A stretch of DNA of 64,000 nucleotides from Pseudomonadota bacterium (GCA_027624315.1 JAQBXX010000002.1:7852-71851); one strand, 5' to 3'; positions 30,108-40,437 are shown, counted from the stretch's first letter. The notes: generated from the letters alone by a model not told the origin. A program made the numbers and translations.

Positions 30108-30437
30108 GTGCCCTATATGAGTGATGTGCTTGAGCGTCTGGCGCGGGTGATTGAGGAGCGCAAAAACGCGAGCCCGGATAGCTCTTACGTGGCGAGCCTG
30201 CATGCCAAGGGGCTCGACGCCGTCTTGAAGAAGATCGGCGAGGAAGCCACCGAACTCGTGCTTGCGGGCAAAGGCGGCGACGCGGAGCAGGTGGTGCACG
30301 AAACCGCTGATCTCTGGTTTCACACCTTGGTGCTGCTGGCGGCGCAAGGCTTGGGTCCGGAGGCGGTGTTGCGCGAGCTGGAGCGCCGTTTCGGGTTGTC
30401 CGGGCTGGAGGAAAAGGCGCGGAGGCCGACGCGGTGA
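30108..30437 (+). CDS. hisE: Phosphoribosyl-ATP pyrophosphatase
   Basis: [15 protein letters not shown]...EEATELVLA matches the MazG-like HisE family. The start may be the Met at 30117. Confidence 0.85.
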   Translation: MPYMSDVLERLARVIEERKNASPDSSYVASLHAKGLDAVLKKIGEEATELVLAGKGGDAEQVVHETADLWFHTLVLLAAQGLGPEAVLRELERRFGLSGLEEKARRPTR

Positions 30438-30781
30438 CTGGCGCGGTGACGCAGTGCGTGTTCTGCGACATCATCGCAGGCAGGATTCCCGCCCAGCTTG
30501 TGCACGACGACGAGCAGGTAGTCGTGTTCAAGGACATCCACCCCAAGGCGCGTGTGCATCTGCTGGTGGTGCCGCGCGTCCATGTGCCGAGTCTCGATGA
30601 GCTGGAGGAGCGGCACGACGCCTTGGTCGCACACATGATGCGCCTGTTGCCCGTGCTGGCACGGAAACAGGGCCTGGCAACCGGCTTCCGCACTGTTATC
30701 AACACCGGCGCGGGCGGCGGTCAGGAGATTGCCCACCTGCACATCCACCTGCTCGGTGGAGCACCCTTACCGGGCTTTTGA
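30434..30781 (+). CDS. HIT-family (histidine triad) hydrolase
   Basis: 115 aa with CVFCDII and HLHIHLLGG, the histidine triad. Confidence 0.85.
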   Translation: MTGAVTQCVFCDIIAGRIPAQLVHDDEQVVVFKDIHPKARVHLLVVPRVHVPSLDELEERHDALVAHMMRLLPVLARKQGLATGFRTVINTGAGGGQEIAHLHIHLLGGAPLPGF

Positions 30782-30810
30782 CAACTAAAGTTTATTTTTG
30801 GAGAAATGAC

Positions 30811-31065
30811 ATGATAGGCAGTCCCTTACAACTCACCATCATCCTCGCCATCGTGCTGGTACTGTTCGGCGCGAAAAAGCTGCGCAACATCGGCGGCGAC
30901 ATCGGCGGCGCGATCAAGAATTTCCGCAACTCGGTGCGCTCAGGCGGCGATGAAGCGAAGACCGCCGAGGAGGCCAAAGCTGCTGAAGACACTGCAACAG
31001 TGCAGCAGTCCGAAGGACTCGTGATCGAGGCCGAGGTTATCAAGGAGAAGGACAAGGTCTCCTAA
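30811..31065 (+). CDS. tatA: Sec-independent protein translocase TatA/E
   Basis: [24 protein letters not shown]: a TM helix followed by an amphipathic helix. First gene of tatABC. Confidence 0.85.
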   Translation: MIGSPLQLTIILAIVLVLFGAKKLRNIGGDIGGAIKNFRNSVRSGGDEAKTAEEAKAAEDTATVQQSEGLVIEAEVIKEKDKVS

Positions 31066-31083
31066 GCTCGTCTCCGCTGCGCC

Positions 31084-31503
31084 ATGTTCGACATCAGTCT
31101 GGCCGAGATCGCCGTCATTGGAGTGGTCGCGCTCGTCATAATCGGGCCTAAAAAGCTCCCGGAAGTCGCGCGCTTCGCAGGCTATTGGCTGGGCAAGGTG
31201 CGCCGCATGATCGCCAACGCCAAGTCGGACATGAATCGTGAGTTCAAGACCGACGACCTGCGCAACCTGCTCACACAGCAACAGGGTGAAATGCAGGAGC
31301 TGCGCAAGATTTTCGATGAAACCCGCTCCAGCATAGAGGCCGACGTTAAGGACCTGGGCATCAACCTTGAAGACAAGGCCATTCCCGACGATGCTGCCGC
31401 CGCTCCTGCTGGCGAGATCCATAACGAGGTAAAGCCCGGCGACACCGCTGCCCTGCCGGCAGCATCAGCGCCACTGACAGCCCCTCATGACGGATCAAAA
31501 TAA
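31084..31503 (+). CDS. tatB: Sec-independent protein translocase TatB
   Basis: MFDISLAEIAVIGVVALVIIGPKKLPEVAR. Confidence 0.85.
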   Translation: MFDISLAEIAVIGVVALVIIGPKKLPEVARFAGYWLGKVRRMIANAKSDMNREFKTDDLRNLLTQQQGEMQELRKIFDETRSSIEADVKDLGINLEDKAIPDDAAAAPAGEIHNEVKPGDTAALPAASAPLTAPHDGSK

Positions 31504-32398
31504 CCCCTCCCCTGAGGGCGCAGAAGCTCCGCTGGACGCCGCACACCCGCTTATCGCGCACCTCCTGGAGTTGCGCGACCGACTGATGAAAATGATCGGT
31601 TCGGTGATGCTGGTGTTTGGCGTGCTGTTCTGGTTCCGCAACGACCTCTATACCATGATTGCCCGGCCGCTCATGGAGCGCCTGCCGCAGGGCGCAACCA
31701 TGATTGCGACCGAGGTCACTTCCACCTTCTTTGCGCCGCTCAAGCTCACGCTCTGGCTGTCGTTATTCATTGCCATTCCCATCGTGCTCTATCAGCTGTG
31801 GGCGTTCCTCGCGCCGGGGCTCTATAAGAACGAGCGCCGGCTCGTCTACCCGCTGCTGATCTCAAGCGTATTGCTGTTTTTCCTCGGGGCGGCCTTCGCC
31901 TATTTTCTGGTGTTCCCGCTGGTATTCGCGTTCTTCACCATGGCCGCACCCGAAGGTGTGGCGGTGATGACTGACATCAGCAAGTACCTGGACTTCGTGC
32001 TCAGCATGTTTTTCGCCTTCGGCGTTTCCTTTGAAGCTCCGGTGGTGGTGGTGCTGCTGGTGTGGGCCGGCATCGTGACGCCCGAGGCTCTGGCTGAGAA
32101 GCGGCGCTACATCGTGGTGCTGGCGTTCGTCATCGCCATGGTGCTCACCCCGCCCGATGTCATCTCGCAGATCATGCTCGCGATACCGTTGTGCCTGCTG
32201 TTCGAGGTCGGCCTGCTGATTTCCCGCCTGTACGTACGCAAGCGAGATGAGGAAGGAATTGAGGAAGCAGGCGGGGATGAACCGCCCGAGGATCAACCGC
32301 CTGCGCTCATCCCGCGCACCTTCGCGACCCCGCCCGGCGTGCAAGCGGTGACGGGCAACCCCGCGCCCAAATCCGGCACGGACGAAACGCCCGGCTAA
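31487..32398 (+). CDS. tatC: Sec-independent protein translocase TatC
   Basis: 303 aa with 6 TM segments and HLLELRDRLMK...PLMERLPQG. Confidence 0.9.
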   Translation: MTDQNNPSPEGAEAPLDAAHPLIAHLLELRDRLMKMIGSVMLVFGVLFWFRNDLYTMIARPLMERLPQGATMIATEVTSTFFAPLKLTLWLSLFIAIPIVLYQLWAFLAPGLYKNERRLVYPLLISSVLLFFLGAAFAYFLVFPLVFAFFTMAAPEGVAVMTDISKYLDFVLSMFFAFGVSFEAPVVVVLLVWAGIVTPEALAEKRRYIVVLAFVIAMVLTPPDVISQIMLAIPLCLLFEVGLLISRLYVRKRDEEGIEEAGGDEPPEDQPPALIPRTFATPPGVQAVTGNPAPKSGTDETPG

Positions 32399-33525
32399 GG
32401 TTGGCGCGTTGCCGGCGTGGGCCGCTCGCTCACACGGAGATTAAACGTGATGTCCTTGCCGTCGCGCACGCCGCTCAGACGGACGCTGGTGCCGGGCACC
32501 ACCCTCGCCACCGTGTTCATCAGTGCCGCCGGGTCATTCACCGCGCTGTCATTCACCAACAGCACCACGTCACCGGGCCGCACCCCTGCCTCCGCCGCAG
32601 GCCCGCCGCGCAGCACGCTGGCCACGATCACGCCCTTGACCTTGGCCAGACCGAACGACTCCGCCAGCGCCGGGGTCACCTCCTGCACCTCGACGCCGAG
32701 CCAGCCGCGCACGGCATGACCGTGCTTGATGATCTGCTGCATCACACCCTGCGCGAGGCTGAGCGGGATCGCGAAGCCGATACCCTGCGAGCCGCCGGAG
32801 CGGGAGAAGATCACGCTGTTGATGCCCACCATCCGGCCTGCGCTGTCGATCAAGGCGCCGCCTGAGTTGCCGGGGTTGATGGCGGCGTCGGTCTGGATGA
32901 AATCCTCGAAGGTGTTGAGCCCAAGGTGATTGCGTCCGGTGGCGCTCACGATGCCCTGCGTCACCGTCTGGCCGACGCCGTATGGGTTGCCTATCGCGAG
33001 CACCACATCGCCCACGCGCAGATTCTCAGAGTCACCGATGGTGATGGCAGGCATGTTCTTGAGATCGATGCGCAGCACCGCAATGTCGGTTTCCGGGTCG
33101 GTGCCCACCACGCGCGCCTTGGCGTTGCGCCCGTCGTTCAGGGCCACATGGATATCGTCCGCACCCTCGATCACATGATTGTTGGTGAGCACATAGCCTT
33201 CGCTGCTCACGATCACGCCGGAGCCGAGGCTGTTCTCAAGCTGACGGCGCGGTGCAAGCGCGGGATTGTCGCCGAAAAAGCGTTGGAAAAACGGATCGTC
33301 AAAATGCGGATTGCGCTCGGCCACGACCTTGGTGGTGTTGATATTGACCACTGCGGGCGCGGCGCGCTCGACGGCCTCGGCATACGAGGCCGGGGCGAGG
33401 GGGCGCACGGGCTGTGCGGCCCCGCGCTGTCTATCCAGCAGCGTGGGAAACAGATACACCGCGACGAAGGCGAGCGCGAGCCCCGCCGTTACGGCCTTTA
33501 ACAAAAATGAAGCTGTTTTACGCAT
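32395..33525 (-). CDS. Periplasmic trypsin-like serine endoprotease with a single PDZ domain (DegS/AlgW type)
   Basis: 376 aa with an N-terminal anchor, catalytic triad regions (TNNHVI, DIAVL, GNSGGAL) and one PDZ domain. Confidence 0.85.
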   Translation of the reverse strand: MRKTASFLLKAVTAGLALAFVAVYLFPTLLDRQRGAAQPVRPLAPASYAEAVERAAPAVVNINTTKVVAERNPHFDDPFFQRFFGDNPALAPRRQLENSLGSGVIVSSEGYVLTNNHVIEGADDIHVALNDGRNAKARVVGTDPETDIAVLRIDLKNMPAITIGDSENLRVGDVVLAIGNPYGVGQTVTQGIVSATGRNHLGLNTFEDFIQTDAAINPGNSGGALIDSAGRMVGINSVIFSRSGGSQGIGFAIPLSLAQGVMQQIIKHGHAVRGWLGVEVQEVTPALAESFGLAKVKGVIVASVLRGGPAAEAGVRPGDVVLLVNDSAVNDPAALMNTVARVVPGTSVRLSGVRDGKDITFNLRVSERPTPATRQP

Positions 33526-33604
33526 GGATGTTGCGTCTGATCAACACGTAAGGGTGGTGTATGTATGAGCGCGCGCCGCCAGTTCACACACCGGCGGCGC
33601 AGAG

Positions 33605-33770
33605 AGTCGCATCAGCCGCGGATCAGTCAGGAGTCACAAAGTAAGACGACAACATGAATGATGTGACTCCTGAATAAAAACCTGTTTTACCTACCCCCAC
33701 CCTGTCCCGCCCCCTAAACAAGGGGCGGGGACGTAGCGGGAAGTGTAGCCTTACTTACTGACTCCTGAGT
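33605..33770. repeat. Composite REP/MITE-like element, family A core (CTACCCCCACCCTGTCCCGCCCCCTAAACAAGGGGCGGGGACGTAGCGGGAAGTGTAGC), flanked by inverted repeats TCAGGAGTCACAAAGTAAGAC / CTTACTTACTGACTCCTGA
   Basis: Sits between the convergent DegS-like and actF genes. The core recurs at 44104, 47497 and 50469. Confidence 0.5.
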
Positions 33771-34789
33771 AATCCATAGCGGGTCAGTGACCAGCGCACA
33801 GCGAACCAGGCCACAACAATCACCGCCAGCGTGACCACGACATCAAACACTGCGGTCATCGGCATGTGGTAGAACTTCGGGTCCACCGAACCGGAAATCC
33901 AGGTGTAGCGCTCAAGCCAGGTGCCGAGCACGATACCGGAACCGACTACCGTAATCACCACCGGATTATGCCGGTTGGCCGTGAACAAAAAGGTGGAGAA
34001 CGGCACGACGAACTTCACCGTGAAGAAGGTCCACCACAACGCGCCGTAACCCTGATACATCATGTGGTTGTAGCGCGTAAGATTATCCGGCAGGCGCCCA
34101 TACCAGAAGATCAGGTATTGCGTGAAGAACAGGTAGGTCCACAGGATGGTAAAGGCAAACATCATCTGCGCCAGATAATTCATCACGTGCTCGGGCAGCG
34201 GAGTGACGAGCTTGCCGGAGCGGCTCAGGAAAAACAGAAATACCGCGAAGAAACCGAGGAACGCATGGAAGTTGCTCACGAAGTGATACGCGCCGTAGCT
34301 CGCGCTGTGCCAGCCCGGCATCATGGTCATCTCGAAATCCCACGCCACCAGGGTCGCATACGGCACATAGGCAAACGGAATGAGCAGCGCGACGTTGCGC
34401 AGACGCCGCTGTGCGGCAGGAGAACTGTCGATCTCGCTCTGGTGCTGATATTTGATAAACAGGCCGAACAGCCCGGCGACGATGAGGAAGCTCACGATCT
34501 GACGCGCCACGAGGAAGGTGTAGTTGTGCCAGCCGGACAGGTGGTGCTCGCCTTCCTGCGCGTGTTTCAGCCACTGGAAGGTGGACTCGCCGTTAAACAG
34601 CAGTATCAATAACAGTACGAAGGCAACGGGAAACAGCACCGCAAGCGACACGGCGAGTTTGCGCACGTAAAAGCGCCACTGGGCGTTCGCCATCTGGAGC
34701 AGCGAACAGAACAGCACGCCGCACAGCGCCAGATAAAGGACCACCAGAAAATCAGTGGTGAGTACGGACCAGCTTCCAAATTTTTCCAT
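33755..34789 (-). CDS. actF: Alternative complex III subunit ActF (NrfD/PsrC-like membrane subunit)
   Basis: 344 aa, polytopic, and last gene of the actAB1B2CDEF-like cluster. Confidence 0.7.
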   Translation of the reverse strand: MEKFGSWSVLTTDFLVVLYLALCGVLFCSLLQMANAQWRFYVRKLAVSLAVLFPVAFVLLLILLFNGESTFQWLKHAQEGEHHLSGWHNYTFLVARQIVSFLIVAGLFGLFIKYQHQSEIDSSPAAQRRLRNVALLIPFAYVPYATLVAWDFEMTMMPGWHSASYGAYHFVSNFHAFLGFFAVFLFFLSRSGKLVTPLPEHVMNYLAQMMFAFTILWTYLFFTQYLIFWYGRLPDNLTRYNHMMYQGYGALWWTFFTVKFVVPFSTFLFTANRHNPVVITVVGSGIVLGTWLERYTWISGSVDPKFYHMPMTAVFDVVVTLAVIVVAWFAVRWSLTRYGLLRSQ

Positions 34790-34813
34790 GACTACTCCGG
34801 TATCTAAATGGCT

Positions 34814-35380
34814 TTACGGCGTCTTGGCCTGTTGCGTCACAGGGGCTGGCTCATTGACCAGCGCACGACGCACATAATTCACCACGTGCCAGCGCTCATC
34901 CACCGACAGGTCATTGGAGCCCACCTGTCCGCCGGTCACACCGTACGCAGGCATCACTGCGCCGCCGAACGTGATGGTGCCGAAGATCCATCCTTCGCTG
35001 AGCTGTTTCTGCACATAGTCGTCAGTCAGCGGAATCGCGCCGATCTTGTCGCTCACCGGACTGTCAGCCATGCCCGTGAGACCGTGACACGCGGAGCAGA
35101 TGATGCGGAACAGCGTGCGGCCTTTTTTGATCGACTCAGGCGTTGCCGGAATCGGATTGATGAGTGTCTTCGCGGCCTCTCGGTCAGCGACTTGCGTGGG
35201 AATGCCTTGCACCGGAATCGAACGGTGCGGGAACGGCATCATCTTGCCGCCGCGTGCGGGCTCCTGCGGCTTGACGCTGGGCTGATTCATCATGTCCTGC
35301 GACCACGGCCAAGCCCACACCAGTGCTGGGGCGAACGTGGTCGCGAGCAGCGCAGCTATGATCAGTCGGCGCATTTTCAT
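34814..35380 (-). CDS. actE: Alternative complex III subunit ActE (monoheme cytochrome c)
   Basis: Signal peptide plus a single CSACH heme-binding motif. Confidence 0.7.
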   Translation of the reverse strand: MKMRRLIIAALLATTFAPALVWAWPWSQDMMNQPSVKPQEPARGGKMMPFPHRSIPVQGIPTQVADREAAKTLINPIPATPESIKKGRTLFRIICSACHGLTGMADSPVSDKIGAIPLTDDYVQKQLSEGWIFGTITFGGAVMPAYGVTGGQVGSNDLSVDERWHVVNYVRRALVNEPAPVTQQAKTP

Positions 35381-35907
35381 TTCATTACCTCTTCCCTGAT
35401 CTCCAGCACCCTGTGATTCCGGAACAGATTTTTCGCCGATTCTATCTGGGTGTCTTCCAGCTCCAGAATAATGCCGATCTGATCGAGGCTTACCTTTTCA
35501 CTGTACAGTGTATGGGGCCGGGACGGCAGGCGCGCGCCGATCAGAAGCCCGATCAGAGTGGATAGCACGCCGCCCAGAATCATCATCTCGTAGCTCAGGA
35601 CAAAATTCGACACCAGCGTGACCACGGGCTTGCCGCCCTGCGGCTGCACCAGAAAACTGGCCTGTGCTGATGCAATCCACAACCAGCTTCCGACCAGCCC
35701 GAACAGGCCGCCGCAGAAGGTGAAATACTGCACGCTCACCGGGCGGTCACCCAGCGCTTCCTCGACATCCGGGTGCTCGATGGGCGAGATCAGCGTCACG
35801 TCATCCACTGACAGGCCTGCTATCTTGCTGGCGCGGATGTCGTAAATCGCGTTCGTGGCTTCATCAAAATTGCCAAACAAACCGAGAATGCGGCGCGTCT
35901 TTTTCAT
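35377..35907 (-). CDS. actD: Alternative complex III subunit ActD (DUF3341 membrane protein)
   Basis: 176 aa with 2 TM helices. The position and size match ActD. Confidence 0.65.
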   Translation of the reverse strand: MKKTRRILGLFGNFDEATNAIYDIRASKIAGLSVDDVTLISPIEHPDVEEALGDRPVSVQYFTFCGGLFGLVGSWLWIASAQASFLVQPQGGKPVVTLVSNFVLSYEMMILGGVLSTLIGLLIGARLPSRPHTLYSEKVSLDQIGIILELEDTQIESAKNLFRNHRVLEIREEVMK

Positions 35908-37331
35908 GAGCCGTCCTCCTTTCTCATGCTAAGGCTGAAGGCCGGCTGCGCACCGCCGGTGTTGCGCCGTTCGGCTTGCGCTTTTTCACTGGCCAAGCGG
36001 CGGTGGTAGACCATTTCCTTCACTTCATACATGGACACCGACGGGAATATCTTCACGAACGTCAGGAACAGCAGGCCGAACCAGCCGAAGCTGCCCAGCA
36101 CGATACCCCACGACGTGAGGGTAGGCCACATCACGTCCCACGACCAGGGATAGAACGACTGGGACAACGTGGGCGAGATGATCATCCAGCGTTCCAGCCA
36201 CATGCCGACGTTGAGCAGAATGGACACCGTCATCATGGTGGGGATGTGGCGGCGCAGCTTGCGGAAGGCGAGCGTGAACGGCAGCACCGAGCCGAAGAAC
36301 ATCATGCTCCAGAACACCGGCGCGTAAGCCCCGGTCATCTTGGCCCACAGCACTTCCTTGCCATAGATGTCATGGCCGTACCACACCGAGGCGAACTCGA
36401 CCAGATTCAGATACGTCCACACCATGGCGATGGCGAAGGTGAGTTTGCAAATCTTCTCCAGAATTGCCAGCGTCATGTACTCCTCCCAGCGGAAGTAGTA
36501 ACGCAGCAGGATAAACAAGGTGACGATCGCCGCACAGCCGGAGTAGAGCGCGCCCGACACGAAGTAAGGCGGGAAGGTGGTAACGTGCCAGCCGGGCATG
36601 ATGGACATGGCGAAGTCGGACGACACGATGGAGTGCACCGACACCGCCAGCGGAATCAGGAAGATCGCCATCAGCATGTAGGCCTTGCGGAAGATGCGCC
36701 ACTGGCGGTCGCTGCCGTACCAGCCCAGCGACAGCGTGCTGTATAGCTTTTTGCGCCAGCCGGTGGTGTTGTCGCGCGCGATGGCGAGGTCGGGCAGCAT
36801 ACCTATGTAGAGGAACAGCGCCGACGACGTGAGGTAGGTCATGATGGCGAACCCGTCCCACGACAAGGGTGAACGGAAATTCGGCCAGGTGCCGCGCGCG
36901 GGAACGTAGGGAATCACCCAGTAAAAATTCCACAAGCGCCCGAGATGGATCACCGGGAACAAGAGCGCGGTCATGAGCGAGAAAGTAGTCATGGCCTCGG
37001 CGAAACGGTAAATCGGTTTGCGCCAGTCGGCATGCACAATGTGCAGGATCGCCGACAGCAGCGTGCCGGAGTGGCTCATGCCGATCCAGAAGATGAAGGT
37101 GGCGATGTACAGATTCCACATGTGCGGATGGTTCTTGGACCGGCCCATGCCGTACATGTATTGCAGCACTTCCGCCGTGATGCCGATGGCCAGCAGTACC
37201 AGGCAGCCGATCACGGTATACCAAAAGCCCCGGCGCGGATTCTCCAGGCTCTTCATGATATCGCTGTTGATCTGCGACCAGGCCAGATCTTCGCGGATGT
37301 CTTTGTCGTGGTGTAGTTCAGTTTCTTTCAT
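35904..37331 (-). CDS. actC: Alternative complex III subunit ActC (NrfD/PsrC family quinol-interacting membrane subunit)
   Basis: 475 aa with about 10 TM segments, in the NrfD family. Confidence 0.8.
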   Translation of the reverse strand: MKETELHHDKDIREDLAWSQINSDIMKSLENPRRGFWYTVIGCLVLLAIGITAEVLQYMYGMGRSKNHPHMWNLYIATFIFWIGMSHSGTLLSAILHIVHADWRKPIYRFAEAMTTFSLMTALLFPVIHLGRLWNFYWVIPYVPARGTWPNFRSPLSWDGFAIMTYLTSSALFLYIGMLPDLAIARDNTTGWRKKLYSTLSLGWYGSDRQWRIFRKAYMLMAIFLIPLAVSVHSIVSSDFAMSIMPGWHVTTFPPYFVSGALYSGCAAIVTLFILLRYYFRWEEYMTLAILEKICKLTFAIAMVWTYLNLVEFASVWYGHDIYGKEVLWAKMTGAYAPVFWSMMFFGSVLPFTLAFRKLRRHIPTMMTVSILLNVGMWLERWMIISPTLSQSFYPWSWDVMWPTLTSWGIVLGSFGWFGLLFLTFVKIFPSVSMYEVKEMVYHRRLASEKAQAERRNTGGAQPAFSLSMRKEDGS

Positions 37332-37342
37332 GACGCGTTCCC

Positions 37343-38203
37343 TTAGGCCAGCTCTTCGCGCACGCGCTCGAGGTACATCACAGACGGGTCGGTGTTGAGT
37401 TCCTCCAGCACACGATAACCGCGCAGCGCGGGATTCTGTTTGTGCTGCGTGCTCACCGGCAACCCCTCGTCGTCATGGCGCTTGACCTGGTGTTTGGCCC
37501 ACAGTTTGGTTACCGCGCTCTCGGCGTCCATGAGGTCGCCAAAGTGGATCGCGCTGGTGGGGCAAGCCTGCGCGCAGGCAGTGGTGAATTCACCGTCCTT
37601 TATCTTGCGGTTTTCCATCTTGGCCGTGTCCTTGGCGACTCGGATGCGCTGCACGCAGAACGTACACTTTTCCATCACACCCTTGTCGCGCACCGTGATG
37701 TCGGGGTTGAGTTGCAGATTCAATGGCGCCGGCCAAGCGGATTCCGGGTAAGACCAGAAATTAAAATAACGCACGCGATACGGGCAGTTGTTGCTGCAGT
37801 AGCGCGAGCCGATGCAGCGGTTGTACACCTGCGCGTTCAGACCGTCCGGCGTGTGGTAGGTCGCTGCCACCGGGCACACCGGCTCGCACGGCGCGGCGCC
37901 GCACTGCTGGCACAGCATGGGCAGGAAGTTCGCGCCCTGATCGGGAAACTCCGCCTTCGCCTGATCTTCATCCCAGTAGCGCTCAATGCGCATCCAGTGC
38001 ATGTAGTGGCCTTTGGAAAAACGCTCCTTGCCCACCACGGCGAGGTTGTTCTCCGCGTAGCAGGCGGTAGAGCACGCGTTGCAGCCGATGCAGGCATTGA
38101 GGTCGATGGCCATGCCCCAGCGGTGCTCGTAATTATGGAAGCCGCCCTCCTCAATACCGTTGCGGTAGCGCGACCAGTCCTGTGTCAGATTTTCCAGAGA
38201 CAT
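37343..38203 (-). CDS. actB: Alternative complex III iron-sulfur subunit (ActB2; 4Fe-4S ferredoxin-type, NrfC/PsrB-like)
   Basis: Multiple CxxCxxCxxxCP cluster motifs (CIGCNACSTAC, CQQCGAAPCEPVCP, CIGSRYCSNNCPY, CTFCVQR). Confidence 0.8.
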   Translation of the reverse strand: MSLENLTQDWSRYRNGIEEGGFHNYEHRWGMAIDLNACIGCNACSTACYAENNLAVVGKERFSKGHYMHWMRIERYWDEDQAKAEFPDQGANFLPMLCQQCGAAPCEPVCPVAATYHTPDGLNAQVYNRCIGSRYCSNNCPYRVRYFNFWSYPESAWPAPLNLQLNPDITVRDKGVMEKCTFCVQRIRVAKDTAKMENRKIKDGEFTTACAQACPTSAIHFGDLMDAESAVTKLWAKHQVKRHDDEGLPVSTQHKQNPALRGYRVLEELNTDPSVMYLERVREELA

Positions 38204-38208
38204 GTGAA

Positions 38209-40416
38209 TTACACTCCTTCGGTGCGCCGGAACTGTTCGGCGCTGATCGTTACCACCAGCTTGCGGCTACGTTGCGAGATGTTGTTGCGGCCTTCCTTGA
38301 CGAGTTCTTCGTGCACGCCGGTGCGGGTCGCCTTGACACGCGTGCCGTACAGCGCAAGTTCGCCGGTCCTGGCTTCGATTGCGGGGCTGAGGATTTTCAG
38401 CGGGTTCGCGCCGATGCCATTGGCATAACGGCCATAGCCTTCATGGCCCTGGCCCAGCGGCACCGCGATCGCGTCGGGATGCACGCCCTTGAACACGTAG
38501 ACCTTGACCTTGATCGCGCCATGCGCGGAGGTGATCTCCACCACGTCACCTTCCCGCACGCCGAGCCTAGCGGCGGTGGAGGGATGCAGTTCGGCCCAGG
38601 AATCCCACACCACCTTGCTGATCTGATCCGGCGCCTCCTGCAACCAGGGGATGTTGGCGTGGCGCCCGTCCCACAGACCGAGACGCGGCGACGGGATCAG
38701 GTGCAGCGGATACTCCGCATCGGCCTTGACCTCGTGGAGCGTGATCTCGCCCACGTTGGTCTTGAGGCTGCCCGGCGCGCTGTCCACCGTGAGCAGGCCC
38801 TTTTGCAGCGTCTGCTCCCACAGCTGCTTGTTGGTAAGACCGCTCGCCTTGTACTGCTCCGGCAAGCTGGCCACGGCATTTTGCAGGTAGCTGAAGTAAT
38901 CGTTGAACGCGCCGTATTTCTGCGCCTCACGCATCTTCAACAATTTGAGCAGCGCGTCGCCCACGCCAGGCGTGCCGGGGTAGAGGCCCTCCATCAGCGG
39001 CTGCTGGAAGGTGATAACGCCCTGCTCCGGCTGATAGGCCGCGACGTGCGTGCCCCAGTCCTCGAGGCTCGATGCGACCGGCAGCACAAGGTCGGCCTGC
39101 GCCGCGGTCTCGTCCGGAAACTGCGTGAGCACCACCTTGAACGGGATATTCTGCAAGCCTTCCGCCAGACCGAGCGAAGCCGGCGCGGTGTAGACGGGGT
39201 TGGTGCCGTAAAAGAATGCGACATCGAGGGCCTTGTCTTTGGCCGCAGCGGCAAACGCGACCAGATCGCGCGTATTGCCCGTGCGCGGGCGGAGCTGCGG
39301 GAACGGGAATTCGCCGCTCGACACGATGGTCTGACCCACATTGCCCAGCATCACATTCAACAGCATGACGGCGGACGCCGCCTGGTAACCCTGCTCCTGA
39401 CCTTCGACGGTGGCGCCCGCGAGCACGAGGCTCGGGCTGTGCTGCTTGAGCAGCGCAGCCACTTGTTCGATGCGCTGCGCGGAAATGCCGGTGATCTCCG
39501 CCGCCTTCACGGGTGCGTAGGCAGCGACGGCGGGGCGCGCAGCATCCGGCACGCTGACGCCGCTCTGCATCAGCGCATGCGCGATGCCGAGTGCGAGCAT
39601 TCCCTCGGTGCCGGGGCGCACGGCGAGCCACAGGTCGGCGTTCGCGCCGGTGAGCGACATCTTGGGCTCGGCCACGACCAGCACGCCGCGCGTGCCGGAG
39701 CGGAATTTGGCGTATTCCGTCGCAAAATGCGTGGGTGAAACCCAGGTGCCGAGGAAATCCGCGCCGAACGACAGCACCAGCTTCGCCTGGTCGAGGGCCA
39801 GCCGCGGCATGGCCTCGCCCAACACGTCCTGGTTCACCGCGCGGCCGACGGCGTTGTTGATGACCTCGTGCACGAAGTGATGCCTGGAGCCGAGCGCATC
39901 GAGATGCTCGCCGATGAGCGCCGCCTGATGGCCGCTCACCGTGCCGGTAAACCAGGCCACGCGTGCGCCGGAGGTCTTGGCTGCGGCACCGACCTTTTCA
40001 TCCAGCACCTTCCATGCCTCGTCCCAGCTGATATCGACGAGCTTGCCGTCCTTGCGTAACTGCGGCTTGCTCAGGCGGTCGGGATTGTAATGCGTCTGCA
40101 CGCCGGACTGGCCCATCTGGCACAGCTTGCCGCGGTTGACCGGCGAATCGGGATTGCCTTCGAGCTTGAGTGCGCGGCCCTCGCGCACCCTGCCGTGGAT
40201 GCCGCAGCCGGCGGCGCATTGCAGGCAGGTGGAGGCGTACCACACGCCTACACCGGGAATGACGTACTCTTCGGGCGAGAGATAGGCGACGACTTCTTCC
40301 TTGCCCTCTTCCAGCGTGACGGTAGTGGGCAGGTCGCAGCCCGCGAGCGTCGCGCCCGCCGTGCTCCAGCCCATCAATTGCAGGAATTCCCTGCGTTTCA
40401 GCTTCAGATTCATCAT
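38209..40416 (-). CDS. actB: Alternative complex III molybdopterin-oxidoreductase-like subunit (ActB1), Tat-exported
   Basis: Twin-arginine signal MMNLKLKRREFLQLMGWSTAGATLAGC and an N-terminal CxxC..C FeS motif (CLQCAAGCG). 735 aa MopB-superfamily fold. Confidence 0.8.
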   Translation of the reverse strand: MMNLKLKRREFLQLMGWSTAGATLAGCDLPTTVTLEEGKEEVVAYLSPEEYVIPGVGVWYASTCLQCAAGCGIHGRVREGRALKLEGNPDSPVNRGKLCQMGQSGVQTHYNPDRLSKPQLRKDGKLVDISWDEAWKVLDEKVGAAAKTSGARVAWFTGTVSGHQAALIGEHLDALGSRHHFVHEVINNAVGRAVNQDVLGEAMPRLALDQAKLVLSFGADFLGTWVSPTHFATEYAKFRSGTRGVLVVAEPKMSLTGANADLWLAVRPGTEGMLALGIAHALMQSGVSVPDAARPAVAAYAPVKAAEITGISAQRIEQVAALLKQHSPSLVLAGATVEGQEQGYQAASAVMLLNVMLGNVGQTIVSSGEFPFPQLRPRTGNTRDLVAFAAAAKDKALDVAFFYGTNPVYTAPASLGLAEGLQNIPFKVVLTQFPDETAAQADLVLPVASSLEDWGTHVAAYQPEQGVITFQQPLMEGLYPGTPGVGDALLKLLKMREAQKYGAFNDYFSYLQNAVASLPEQYKASGLTNKQLWEQTLQKGLLTVDSAPGSLKTNVGEITLHEVKADAEYPLHLIPSPRLGLWDGRHANIPWLQEAPDQISKVVWDSWAELHPSTAARLGVREGDVVEITSAHGAIKVKVYVFKGVHPDAIAVPLGQGHEGYGRYANGIGANPLKILSPAIEARTGELALYGTRVKATRTGVHEELVKEGRNNISQRSRKLVVTISAEQFRRTEGV

Positions 40417-40437
40417 GGTGCTATTCCCTGCGCGCTG

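Noticed and set aside
36370-37224. 284-aa minus-strand ORF and 256-aa plus-strand ORF (35976-36746) inside actC
   Set aside because: These are shifted or antisense frames of the NrfD-like membrane gene. Their His/Arg/Gly-rich translations are not protein-like.
38182-39738. 518-aa ORF on the + strand
   Set aside because: It is antisense to the ACIII actB1 gene and has an Arg-rich composition.
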